This document shows, piece by piece, positions 49,610 through 58,097 of a DNA stretch of 64,000 nucleotides. This DNA comes from Alphaproteobacteria bacterium. GTDB taxonomy: Bacteria; Pseudomonadota; Alphaproteobacteria; SP197. Below the pieces are notes generated by a model. The model did not search any database, was not told where the DNA came from, and worked only from the letters and a program-made list of their open reading frames with translations. The position numbers and the translations under genes are program-made. Positions within the stretch are counted from its first letter, which is position 1; every line of letters begins with the position of its first letter. The stretch spans positions 224,001-288,000 of the forward strand of contig OZ245842.1 of the NCBI GenBank assembly GCA_965228895.1, written 5' to 3'.

Positions 49610-50236
49610 CTAGGCCGTCGGCCTCTCGCCGATCAAGTTGTCGAGGTCGGAACGTTCGGTGTAGTGGACGGCACGCCAGCCGAACCGCCGCGCCGCCGCG
49701 ACGTTCTTCTCGCTGTCGTCGATCAACAGGACGTCAGGTCCGGCGGTCTCCCCCAGTTCGTCCGTGATCATTTTCCAGAACTGCGTATCCGGTTTGCGCA
49801 CGCCCATGGCCGATGAGGCGAACATCCTGTCGAAGCGTCGGCTAAGACCCAACTCGTTCCAGAGAAAGTCGGCGCGATGGCGATCCTGGTTGGTTGCCAG
49901 CACCAAACGGCACTGAGAGCCGAGGCTGGCGATTTCCTCGATCAGGTTGTGATCGAGATTGCTGTCGTTGGCAAACCAGAAGGCCAGGAAATCCTCCACG
50001 GTACCGCCATAGTTCCAGCGCTCCAGATAGGGCGGCAGCACGTCGTAGAGGTCGGCATCGCCGATGATGCAGGCATCCCAATCATCGCGGAAGAACGTCG
50101 CGACCTCGTCCTGGCCGATGCCGAAATCGCGCGCGACCGCTTCCTGCCAGTCGTAACTGCCATCGGTCATGCCGTGAACCAGGACACCGTCGACATCGAA
50201 GGCGATGGCCCTGGGCAGGTTGTCAGCCGCCGGCAT
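49610..50236 (-). CDS. HAD family hydrolase
   Basis: FDVDGVL, ATNQ, RKPD, IDDSEKNV; start uncertain (50236/50242/50251). Confidence 0.85.
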   Translation of the reverse strand: MPAADNLPRAIAFDVDGVLVHGMTDGSYDWQEAVARDFGIGQDEVATFFRDDWDACIIGDADLYDVLPPYLERWNYGGTVEDFLAFWFANDSNLDHNLIEEIASLGSQCRLVLATNQDRHRADFLWNELGLSRRFDRMFASSAMGVRKPDTQFWKMITDELGETAGPDVLLIDDSEKNVAAARRFGWRAVHYTERSDLDNLIGERPTA

Positions 50237-50699
50237 CGCCATTGCCGTCATCCTGTCGCCAGCGCGCGGCGGCCTGGTCGTCGCTGGTGCGGGCCTCAAC
50301 CCAGCGTTCGCCGCCGTCGGTATCCTCGACCTTCCAGAACGGCGCCTTGGTCTTCAGCCAGTCGATCAGAAACGCGCATGATTCCAGTGCCGCCTGTCGG
50401 TGCGCCGAGGCGGTGACGACCAGCACAATCCGATCACCCGGTTCCAACCGGCCGTAACGATGCACAATCAAGCTGGCGTCGAGCGGCCATCGGGCATGGG
50501 CCTCGCGCTCGACCTCCTCGAGCTGGCGCTCGGTCATGCCGGGATAGTGTTCGAGCGTCATGGCGCTGACGTTGTCGCCATCGGCGATATCACGGACCAG
50601 CCCAATAAAGCTCGCGACGCCGCCGATCGACGTCTTGCCGTCGGTCAGCGCGGCGATCTCCGCACCGGGATCGAAGTCTTCGGCCTGGACGCGGATCAT
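50223..50699 (-). CDS. moaE: Molybdopterin synthase catalytic subunit
   Basis: FIGLVR, LEHYPGM, HRYGRL, HRQAA, LKTKAPFWK. Confidence 0.95.
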   Translation of the reverse strand: MIRVQAEDFDPGAEIAALTDGKTSIGGVASFIGLVRDIADGDNVSAMTLEHYPGMTERQLEEVEREAHARWPLDASLIVHRYGRLEPGDRIVLVVTASAHRQAALESCAFLIDWLKTKAPFWKVEDTDGGERWVEARTSDDQAAARWRQDDGNGDAGG

Positions 50700-50706
50700 G
50701 GCCGTG

Positions 50707-50958
50707 TCAGCCGCCGGTCACCGGCGGGAACAGCGCGACCTCGTCCTTGTCGCAGACGGGGTCGCCGTGTTGCGCGTAGTTCTGGTTGACGGCGATACGC
50801 ACGATGGCCGGATCGGCCAGGGCCTCGGCATAGCTGTCGCCGCGTCCGCGCAGCCATTCAAGCAGTTCGCCGGCGGTCCCGACGTCGTCGGGCAACGTGA
50901 CGTCCTCGCCCGGAATGCCGATGCGCTGCCGCAGCCAGGCAAAGTACAAAATCTTCAT
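50707..50958 (-). CDS. moaD: Molybdopterin synthase sulfur carrier subunit
   Basis: MKILYFAWLR, AVNQ, FPPVTGG C-terminus. Confidence 0.95.
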   Translation of the reverse strand: MKILYFAWLRQRIGIPGEDVTLPDDVGTAGELLEWLRGRGDSYAEALADPAIVRIAVNQNYAQHGDPVCDKDEVALFPPVTGG

Positions 50959-52211
50959 CCGATAACCTCACTAAAGGGCAAAACGTCAATCATGCTTCCC
51001 GGCTCCAACTGGGTCATGTCCTCGGGCAGTTCGGCCAGGCCGTCGGTCTCGACCAGGGAACTCATGATACCCGCGCCTTCGCGCGGAAAGGCATGGGCCT
51101 CAAGCTGGCCGTCACCGGCGCGTGTCAGGCGAACACGGACGAATTCACGCCGATTGGCCTTTTTCTTGCGGCCAAAACCGGCGCGGACCGCGAACAGCAG
51201 CGGGTCGACGGCGGTGCCGCCGGCCAGCCGAAGAACGAGCGGCCGTCCGAAGCGAAGGAAGGTCACAATCGCAGCAGCCGGGTTGCCTGGCAGGCCGATG
51301 AACGGCGTCTGTTTCAACTGGCCCAGCATCAAGGGCCGGCCCGGTTTGATCGCCATGTGCCAGGCATGCAGAGTGCCCAGGTTCTCGATGGTCGCGCGAA
51401 TGTGGTCTTCCTCACCGACCGATACACCGCCGGACGTCAGCAACACATCGTGACCGGCGGCGGCTTCGGTCAGGGCACGCTCGGTCTCAGGCCCTTCGTC
51501 GGCGAGGATGCCAAGATCGGTCACGCGGCAGCCTAGCCCGCGCAACAGCCCGGCGACGGCATAGCGATTGGCATCGTAGATCGCGCCCTTAGGCAAGGGC
51601 GTGCCGGGCTCCGTCACCTCGTCGCCGGTGGAGAAGACGGCGACGTCGAGCGGCCTGTAGCAGCGCAAATGAGCAACGCCGACCGAGGCGGCGAGGCCGA
51701 CGTCTTGCGGCCTTAGCCGTGCGCCGTGCGCCAGAATCCGCGAGCCCGCCGTCACGTCCTCGCCGGCGCGGCGGCGATTGGCGCCGGGTTTGATGCCGGG
51801 CATCAAGACGACCCGGTCGCCGTCCTCGCGTGTATCCTCCTGCATCATCACGGTGTCGGGTCCGTCGGGCATGGGCGCGCCGGTAAAGATCCGGATCGCC
51901 TCGCCGCGTTGGGCTGGCCGGTCCAGCGGGTGGCCGGCTGCCGCGCGCCCACCGATTGGCAAGATCGTCTCGCCGTCGGGATTGAGATCATCGTGGAAGA
52001 CGGCGTAGCCATCGACGGCAGAATTGTCATGCGGCGGAACGTCCATGTCGGACGTGATGTCGCCGGCCAGGATGCGGCCCGTTGCCTCGGCCAGCGGTAC
52101 GTCTTCGGGCTCGGTCAAGGGTGTCGCGAGGTCCTCGATCAAAGCCAGCGCCTCGGCCATGGTCATGAGCTCGCGGCCGTGGGCAAAACAATCGTCAGTC
52201 AGTTGCGCCAT
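50955..52211 (-). CDS. moeA: Molybdopterin molybdotransferase
   Basis: NSAVDGYA, RIFTGAPMP, STGDE, SGGVSVG, IKPGRP, GLPGNP. Confidence 0.95.
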   Translation of the reverse strand: MAQLTDDCFAHGRELMTMAEALALIEDLATPLTEPEDVPLAEATGRILAGDITSDMDVPPHDNSAVDGYAVFHDDLNPDGETILPIGGRAAAGHPLDRPAQRGEAIRIFTGAPMPDGPDTVMMQEDTREDGDRVVLMPGIKPGANRRRAGEDVTAGSRILAHGARLRPQDVGLAASVGVAHLRCYRPLDVAVFSTGDEVTEPGTPLPKGAIYDANRYAVAGLLRGLGCRVTDLGILADEGPETERALTEAAAGHDVLLTSGGVSVGEEDHIRATIENLGTLHAWHMAIKPGRPLMLGQLKQTPFIGLPGNPAAAIVTFLRFGRPLVLRLAGGTAVDPLLFAVRAGFGRKKKANRREFVRVRLTRAGDGQLEAHAFPREGAGIMSSLVETDGLAELPEDMTQLEPGSMIDVLPFSEVIG

Positions 52212-52241
52212 GAAAAGCGTCTCATCCGTTGGCTGTTCTGG

Positions 52242-52838
52242 CTACGAGGCCGTGTTCGTCGAGGTCGTGTCCTGAACCTCGGGGTCGGCGACCGCCGGAC
52301 GTTTGAGGCCCGAGCGCAGATAGACCCAGCCGGTGATCAGCGTCAAAACGGCGGCGACCCAGAACAAGACCTGGCCGACCACATAGGTGTCGACGACTTC
52401 GCCAAACGTGGGGCCGCCCGGTCCCAGAATCAACAAACCCAGCGCCACCATCTGAACCGTCGTTTTCCACTTCGCCAGCCGCGTCACCGGCAACGCGACG
52501 CCGTGTTCGGCGAGGTACTCGCGCAGGCCCGACACCAGAAGCTCGCGGCATATGATCAGGATCGCGGGCACCAGGGGCGCATCACCGGTCCACACCAGGG
52601 TAACGATCAACGCGCCGACCAGAAGTTTGTCGGCGATCGGATCGAACAATCGGCCCAGGGGTGAGGCCACGCGAAATCGCCTGGCGATCCAGCCGTCGGC
52701 AAAGTCGGTCACGGCCGCCAGAACAAACAAGAAGAACGCGAGCCAGCGTGCCATCTGGCTGTCCCAGAAGAACAGCGCCACGATGACCGGGATAATCACG
52801 ATCCGGCCAAAAGTCAGGATGTTGGGCAGACGTTTCAT
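52242..52838 (-). CDS. pgsA: CDP-diacylglycerol--glycerol-3-phosphate 3-phosphatidyltransferase
   Basis: PNILT, TDFADGWIAR, DPIADKLLV, RELLVSGLRE, KWKT; follows uvrC. Confidence 0.94.
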   Translation of the reverse strand: MKRLPNILTFGRIVIIPVIVALFFWDSQMARWLAFFLFVLAAVTDFADGWIARRFRVASPLGRLFDPIADKLLVGALIVTLVWTGDAPLVPAILIICRELLVSGLREYLAEHGVALPVTRLAKWKTTVQMVALGLLILGPGGPTFGEVVDTYVVGQVLFWVAAVLTLITGWVYLRSGLKRPAVADPEVQDTTSTNTAS

Positions 52839-52885
52839 CGTAATCCGGGCTTGCCGAAGGCGGGCCGGTTATAGCACGGCGGGCG

Positions 52886-53025
52886 CTAGAGCAGATCCCG
52901 TTTTGATGGAATCGCGCTGCGATGCCATCAGAACGGGTGAATCTGCTCTACTCAGAAATAGAGAGCGGATTCACGTGATTAGGTGGAACCGTTCATCGGT
53001 TCCACCTAATCACGACCCGCTCTAC
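52886..53025 (+). repeat. Double-hairpin element, copy F
   Basis: CTAGAGCAGATCCC...GACCCGCTCTAC, 140 bp; the right-end CTA is the uvrC stop (TAG on minus). Confidence 0.9.
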
Positions 53026-54947
53026 GGGTGAAAGTGGTCGTAGATCCGCTGCGCGACCCGGCGATCGATGCCATCGACCCGTTCCAGATCGGTCAGCCCG
53101 GCCTCCGAGACCGCCTTGGCTGAGCCGAAATGGTGCAGCAGTGCCTTTTTCCGCTTGGCGCCGATGCCGGCGATCTCGTCCAAGAGCGAGCGCCCGATCG
53201 CCTTGCCGCGCTTCTGGCGGTGCGCGCCGATGGCGAAGCGGTGGGCCTCGTCGCGGATCCGCTGCATGAAATAGAGCACGGGATCGCGCTCCGGCAGCAT
53301 GAACGGCTGACGATCGGTCATGAAGAACCGTTCGCGCCCGGCATCGCGGTCCGGGCCCTTGGCGACACCCATGACGGCGACACCGGACACGCCCAGTTCC
53401 TCGAAGACTTCCTCGGCACAGCCAAGCTGACCCTGGCCGCCGTCGACGACAATCAGGTCGGGCCATGTGTCTTCCTGGCGGTCGGGGTCCTCTTTCAGGA
53501 GGCGCTGGAAACGGCGGGTCAGAACCTCGCGCATCATGGCGTAGTCGTCGCCGCCGATACCGTCGCGCTGGGCGGCTTCGCCCTTGATGGTGAACTTGCG
53601 GTACTGGTTTTTGATGAACCCCTCCGGCCCGGCGACGATCATCGCGCCAACCGGCTGGGCGCCCTGGATGTGACTGTTGTCGTAGACCTCGATGCGGCTG
53701 GGCGCGGTGTCCAGGCCAAAGCGTTCGGCGACGCCTTCCAGCAGAGTCCGTTGGGTGGCGCTTTCGGCAAGCCGGCGACCGAGTGCGTCACGGGCGTTGG
53801 CGCGCGCGTGGTCCATCAGTTCCCGGCGCGTGCCGCGCTGCGGCTTGACGAGCTGGACCTTGCGCTCGGCGCGCGCTGAGAGCGCTTCCTCGATCAACGC
53901 TTTTTCGTCCGGCTCTTCGCTGACCAGAACCAACTTGGGGACCTCCTTGTCCTCGTAGAACTGGCTCAAGAACGCGGCCAGCACTTCCGGTCCGCTCTGG
54001 TCCTTGGTACGCACCGGATAAAACGCCCGGTTGCCGTAGTTGCGGCCGTTGCGCACGAAGAACACCTGAACGCAGGCTTGGCCGCCCTGCTGGTAGAGCG
54101 CGACGACATCGGCCTCGCTGATGGTCGAGACGTTGATGCCCTGGTGCGCCTGGATGTGATTCAAGGCGCGGATGCGGTCGCGATAACCGGCCGCACGCTC
54201 GAAGGCCAATTCGGCGCTGGCCTCCTCCATGCGTTCGACGAAGCTGTCCTGGACCTCGCGTGTGCGCCCGCGCAGGAAGGCGCGGACCTCGTCGACGATA
54301 TGCTGGTAGTCCGACAGTGCGATCTTGTCGACGCAGGGCGCCGTGCAGCGTTTGATCTGATACTGCAGGCAGGGCCGGGTGCGGTTGGCGAACACGTGAT
54401 CGCTGCAGCTCCTCAAGGGAAACGCACGCTGCAAGGCGACCAGGGTCTGGTTGACCGATCCGGCCGAAGCAAACGGACCAAAGTACTCGCCCTTTTTGCG
54501 CCTTGCGCCCCGATGTTTGACGATCTGCGGCCAGTCATGGTCGGCGCGCAACAGGATATAGGGGAACGACTTGTCGTCGCGCAGGGTGACGTTGAAGCGG
54601 GGCTTCAGCTTCTTGATCAGGTTGGCTTCCAGCAGCAGCGCGTCGGCTTCGGTATGGGTGGTGACGACCTCCATACGCGCGGTCAGGGCGACCATGCGGT
54701 GCAGCCGGGGATCGAGCCGCCCGGGCTGGGTGTAGGCGGTGACCCGTTTCTTCAGGTTGCGCGCCTTGCCGACATAGAGCACTTCGCCCTTGGCGCTCAG
54801 CATGCGGTAGACGCCGGCGGCGGACGGCATGGTCTTCAGCGCCGCCTGAATCGCCTCGGCGCCACGCGCGCCGGTATCGCGCGCGTCTTCCGTCGCCGGG
54901 CCCGCGGTCTCCGGGGCTGGCCGTTCGTCTCTGTCCGCCTTTGCCAT
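53022..54947 (-). CDS. uvrC: Excinuclease ABC subunit C
   Basis: [45 protein letters not shown], HhH. Confidence 0.97.
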   Translation of the reverse strand: MAKADRDERPAPETAGPATEDARDTGARGAEAIQAALKTMPSAAGVYRMLSAKGEVLYVGKARNLKKRVTAYTQPGRLDPRLHRMVALTARMEVVTTHTEADALLLEANLIKKLKPRFNVTLRDDKSFPYILLRADHDWPQIVKHRGARRKKGEYFGPFASAGSVNQTLVALQRAFPLRSCSDHVFANRTRPCLQYQIKRCTAPCVDKIALSDYQHIVDEVRAFLRGRTREVQDSFVERMEEASAELAFERAAGYRDRIRALNHIQAHQGINVSTISEADVVALYQQGGQACVQVFFVRNGRNYGNRAFYPVRTKDQSGPEVLAAFLSQFYEDKEVPKLVLVSEEPDEKALIEEALSARAERKVQLVKPQRGTRRELMDHARANARDALGRRLAESATQRTLLEGVAERFGLDTAPSRIEVYDNSHIQGAQPVGAMIVAGPEGFIKNQYRKFTIKGEAAQRDGIGGDDYAMMREVLTRRFQRLLKEDPDRQEDTWPDLIVVDGGQGQLGCAEEVFEELGVSGVAVMGVAKGPDRDAGRERFFMTDRQPFMLPERDPVLYFMQRIRDEAHRFAIGAHRQKRGKAIGRSLLDEIAGIGAKRKKALLHHFGSAKAVSEAGLTDLERVDGIDRRVAQRIYDHFHP

Positions 54948-54976
54948 GGTGGGATCTTAGATGATGCGGCGGCGGC

Positions 54977-55014
54977 ACAAAATCAAAGAGCCCGGCGGAC
55001 GATCCACCGGGCTC
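54977..55014 (-). terminator. Rho-independent terminator after the peroxiredoxin gene
   Basis: Minus strand GAGCCCGGTGGA-TCG-TCCGCCGGGCTC followed by TTTGATTTTGT. Confidence 0.7.
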
Positions 55015-55038
55015 CCTGTCAAACTCCTGACAGCGGGG

Positions 55039-55698
55039 TCAGTCTTTGGGCTGCGGTACGATGCGCAGGTAGGGCTTCGGCGCTTTCCAGCCGCCCGGGA
55101 ACCGTTCCTTGGCCTCGTCGTCCTTGACCGCCGGTACGATGATGACGTCGCCGCCCTGCTGCCAGTTCGCGGGTGTCGCGACCTTGTGCTTGGCCGTCAA
55201 CTGGCAGGAATCGAGCAGGCGCAGGATCTCGTCGAAGTTGCGGCCCGTGCTCATGGGATAGGTCAGCATCGCCTTGATCTGCTTGTCGGGGCCGATCACG
55301 AAGACCGAGCGTACGGTCGCGTTGTCGACCGGCGTGCGGCCTTCCGACGTGCCGCCGGTATCGGCCGGCAGCATGTTGTAGGCCTTGGCGACGGCAAGCG
55401 TGGGGTCGCCGATCAAGGGGTAGTTGACCGCATGCCCCTGGGTTTCCTCGATATCCTTCGACCACTCCTCGTGGTTCGACACCGGATCGACGCTAAGGCC
55501 GATAATCTTGCAGTTGCGCCTGTCGAACTCTTTCTTCATGCCGGCGACATAACCGAGCTCGGTGGTGCAGACCGGCGTGAAGTCCTTGGGATGCGAGAAC
55601 AGAATGCACCAGCCGTCGCCGATCCAGTCGTGGAAGCTGATGCTGCCCTCCGTCGTATCGGCCGTGAAATCGGGTGCCGTGCTGTTGATGCTAAGCAT
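55039..55698 (-). CDS. 1-Cys peroxiredoxin (Prx6 family)
   Basis: FSHPKDFTPVCTTEL, TVRSVF, YPMSTGRNFDE, ATPANW; GGAG RBS before MLSINS. Confidence 0.93.
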   Translation of the reverse strand: MLSINSTAPDFTADTTEGSISFHDWIGDGWCILFSHPKDFTPVCTTELGYVAGMKKEFDRRNCKIIGLSVDPVSNHEEWSKDIEETQGHAVNYPLIGDPTLAVAKAYNMLPADTGGTSEGRTPVDNATVRSVFVIGPDKQIKAMLTYPMSTGRNFDEILRLLDSCQLTAKHKVATPANWQQGGDVIIVPAVKDDEAKERFPGGWKAPKPYLRIVPQPKD

Positions 55699-55781
55699 GG
55701 ATGAGTCTCCCCCTATAGGTTGCTGAACGATGCGGGTTCCAGCGTCGCCGTTGTGGCTCGGCGAATCAATGTGGACTCCGC

Positions 55782-55810
55782 ATATGGGTTGGAACCTTGC
55801 CGTGTTGAAG
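55782..55810 (-). promoter_or_regulatory. Candidate RpoH (sigma32)-type promoter for the peroxiredoxin
   Basis: Minus strand CTTCAA-N16-CCCATAT, one mismatch to CTTGAA...CCCATAT. Confidence 0.3.
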
Positions 55811-55819
55811 ATGCGGAAA

Positions 55820-55857
55820 CAAATGAAAGGGGCCGGTCCGCGACGCGAACCGGCCCC
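55820..55857 (-). terminator. Rho-independent terminator after fhs
   Basis: Minus strand GGGGCCGGTTCGCG-T-CGCGGACCGGCCCC then TTTCATTTG. Confidence 0.7.
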
Positions 55858-55882
55858 GATCAAGCAGGTTTGATGCGGTGGC

Positions 55883-57565
55883 TCAGAACAGACCGGAAAT
55901 ACGCCCGCTGTCGTCGACGTCGATTTTGTCGGCGGCGGGTACGCGGGGCAGGCCCGGCATGGTCATGATGGCGCCGGTGATGACGACCAGGAATTCGGCC
56001 CCGGCCGACAGCCGGACCTCACGGATCGGCACGTTGAAGCCGGAGGGCGCCGCCTTCAGTGTCGGATCGGTCGAGAAGCTGTACTGGGTCTTGGCCATGC
56101 AGATCGGGAAGTTGCGCGCCGGCGTCTCGTCGAGTTCACGAAACTGCTTGCGGATGGTGTCGTCGGCCTGGATGTCGTCGGCGCCATAGATCTCCTGCGC
56201 GATCGTGCGGACCTTATCCAGAAGCGGCAAATCGTCGGCATAGAGCGGCTTGAAGTCGCTGGGCGTGGTGTCGATCATGTCGACGACGGCCCGCGCCACG
56301 TCTTCGGCGCCGGCGCCGCCATCGGCCCAATGATTGGCCTCGACGCAACTGATGCCCTCGGCTGCGGAGAGTTCCAGCAGTTTGGCCATCTCCGCATCGG
56401 TGTCGGTGATGAACCGGTTGACCGACACGATGGCGGGAACGCCGAACTTGCGGACGTTCTCGATATGACGGCGAAGGTTGGCGAAACCGGCTTCGACAGC
56501 CGCAACATTCTCGTCCTTCAGGTCGTCCTTGGCGACGCCACCGTGCATCTTGAGCGCGCGAATGGTGGCGACGATGACAGCGCAGTCGGGCTTCAGGCCG
56601 GCCTTGCGGCACTTGATGTCGAAGAACTTTTCGGCACCGAGGTCGGCGCCAAAGCCGGCTTCGGTGACGACATAGTCGGCCAGCTTCAAGGCCGTGGTCG
56701 TGGCCAGTACGCTGTTGCAACCATGGGCGATGTTGGCGAACGGGCCGCCATGGACAAAGGCCGGGTTGTTCTCCAACGTCTGCACCAGGTTGGGTTTGAT
56801 GGCGTCTTTCAAGAGCGCAGCCATGGCGCCCTCGGCATTGAGCTCTGCGGCGGTCACCGGCTTGCGCTCGCGGGTATAGCCGACGACGATCTGGCCCAGG
56901 CGGCGCTTCAGGTCGTGCAGGTCGGTCGCCAGGCAAAAGATCGCCATGACCTCCGAGGCCACGGTGATGTCGAACCCGTCCTCGCGCGCGAAACCGTTGG
57001 CGACGCCGCCCAGGCTGTTGACGATCTGACGCAGCGCCCGGTCGTTCATGTCAACGACGCGGCGCCAGGCAACACGGCGGGTGTCGATGCCCAAGGCGTT
57101 GCCCCAATAGATGTGGTTGTCGATCATCGCCGCCAGCAGGTTGTTGGCGACGCCGATGGCGTGGAAATCCCCGGTGAAGTGAAGGTTGATGTCTTCCATC
57201 GGGACGACCTGGGCATAACCGCCGCCCGCGGCGCCGCCCTTCATGCCGAAGGAGGGGCCAAGCGATGGTTCGCGCAGGCAGATCAGAGTCTTTTTGCCGA
57301 TGCGATTCAGCGCATCGCCCAGGCCGACGGTGGTTGTCGTCTTGCCTTCGCCCGCCGGGGTCGGCGTGATCGCGGTGACCAGGATCAGTTTGCCGTCCGG
57401 CCGGTCCTTGATCTCGCTGATGTAGTCCAGCGAGATTTTCGCCTTGGTGTGGCCATAGGGTTCCAGGAATTCTGGGTCGATGCCTAGGCGGTCCTTGGCC
57501 AACTCCATGATTGGTTTGATCGTGGCGGCTTGGGCAATTTCAATATCGGATTTCGGCGTGGCCAT
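55883..57565 (-). CDS. fhs: Formate--tetrahydrofolate ligase
   Basis: [59 protein letters not shown]. Confidence 0.97.
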   Translation of the reverse strand: MATPKSDIEIAQAATIKPIMELAKDRLGIDPEFLEPYGHTKAKISLDYISEIKDRPDGKLILVTAITPTPAGEGKTTTTVGLGDALNRIGKKTLICLREPSLGPSFGMKGGAAGGGYAQVVPMEDINLHFTGDFHAIGVANNLLAAMIDNHIYWGNALGIDTRRVAWRRVVDMNDRALRQIVNSLGGVANGFAREDGFDITVASEVMAIFCLATDLHDLKRRLGQIVVGYTRERKPVTAAELNAEGAMAALLKDAIKPNLVQTLENNPAFVHGGPFANIAHGCNSVLATTTALKLADYVVTEAGFGADLGAEKFFDIKCRKAGLKPDCAVIVATIRALKMHGGVAKDDLKDENVAAVEAGFANLRRHIENVRKFGVPAIVSVNRFITDTDAEMAKLLELSAAEGISCVEANHWADGGAGAEDVARAVVDMIDTTPSDFKPLYADDLPLLDKVRTIAQEIYGADDIQADDTIRKQFRELDETPARNFPICMAKTQYSFSTDPTLKAAPSGFNVPIREVRLSAGAEFLVVITGAIMTMPGLPRVPAADKIDVDDSGRISGLF

Positions 57566-57783
57566 CGGCGGTTCCCCTGTTGGCGCGGCATTATCGGGAA
57601 GTAGGTGGAAGGGACTTTAGCGGCGGCCGTGCGGCGGTCGCGCAAGGAATCGACGTATCGTGTCGCGCCCGGTCCTAATTGGTGGAATTGGTTCCAAATT
57701 GGCTTAGCGCATGGTCCTCAGATTCGCCCTGCAGGTCAAGCCATGCTGGCCCAAATCCGGCCTATTTTCACAGTGCTTTGAGC

Positions 57784-57819
57784 AAAGAAAAGGGCGGTGG
57801 ACCGAAGCCCACCGCCCTT
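57784..57819 (-). terminator. Rho-independent terminator closing the amt-small protein unit
   Basis: Minus strand AAGGGCGGTGGGC-TTCG-GTCCACCGCCCTT then TTCTTT. Confidence 0.8.
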
Positions 57820-57841
57820 GATCGTTTTGATCGACGCCGGG

Positions 57842-58078
57842 CTACTTCTCGACCATGGCGTCGTACGTACCGCGATGATCCAGCGCCTTGTCCAGCCCGA
57901 CTTCGCGGTAGTAGGTCAAGGCCCGGTCGTACTCATCGTTTTCGGATCGGATCTGCCAGATGTGCCAGATGATCCAGACCAGAACACCGACGATCACCAG
58001 GATCCCTTCGATGCCCGGGAACGGGTAGATGGCGCCCAGGTTGGCGATATCACCCCAGCTTTCGACATTGGTCGACAT
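57842..58078 (-). CDS. Small single-TM protein cotranscribed with the Amt gene
   Basis: GAGGAGGAA RBS, 19 bp after the amt stop; GAIYPFPG-TM-WHIWQI; followed by a terminator. Confidence 0.8.
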   Translation of the reverse strand: MSTNVESWGDIANLGAIYPFPGIEGILVIVGVLVWIIWHIWQIRSENDEYDRALTYYREVGLDKALDHRGTYDAMVEK

Positions 58079-58097
58079 GCTCTTCCTCCTCTAAGGC

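Noticed and set aside
25129-53025. Repeat family as a CRISPR array
   Set aside because: Copies are dispersed, about 140 bp, in both orientations, without regular spacers; no cas genes.
57566-57780. ZTP or THF riboswitch upstream of fhs
   Set aside because: I found no ZTP-type GACUGGCG...CGCCUGGG core or THF aptamer features on the minus strand; an Rfam scan would settle it.
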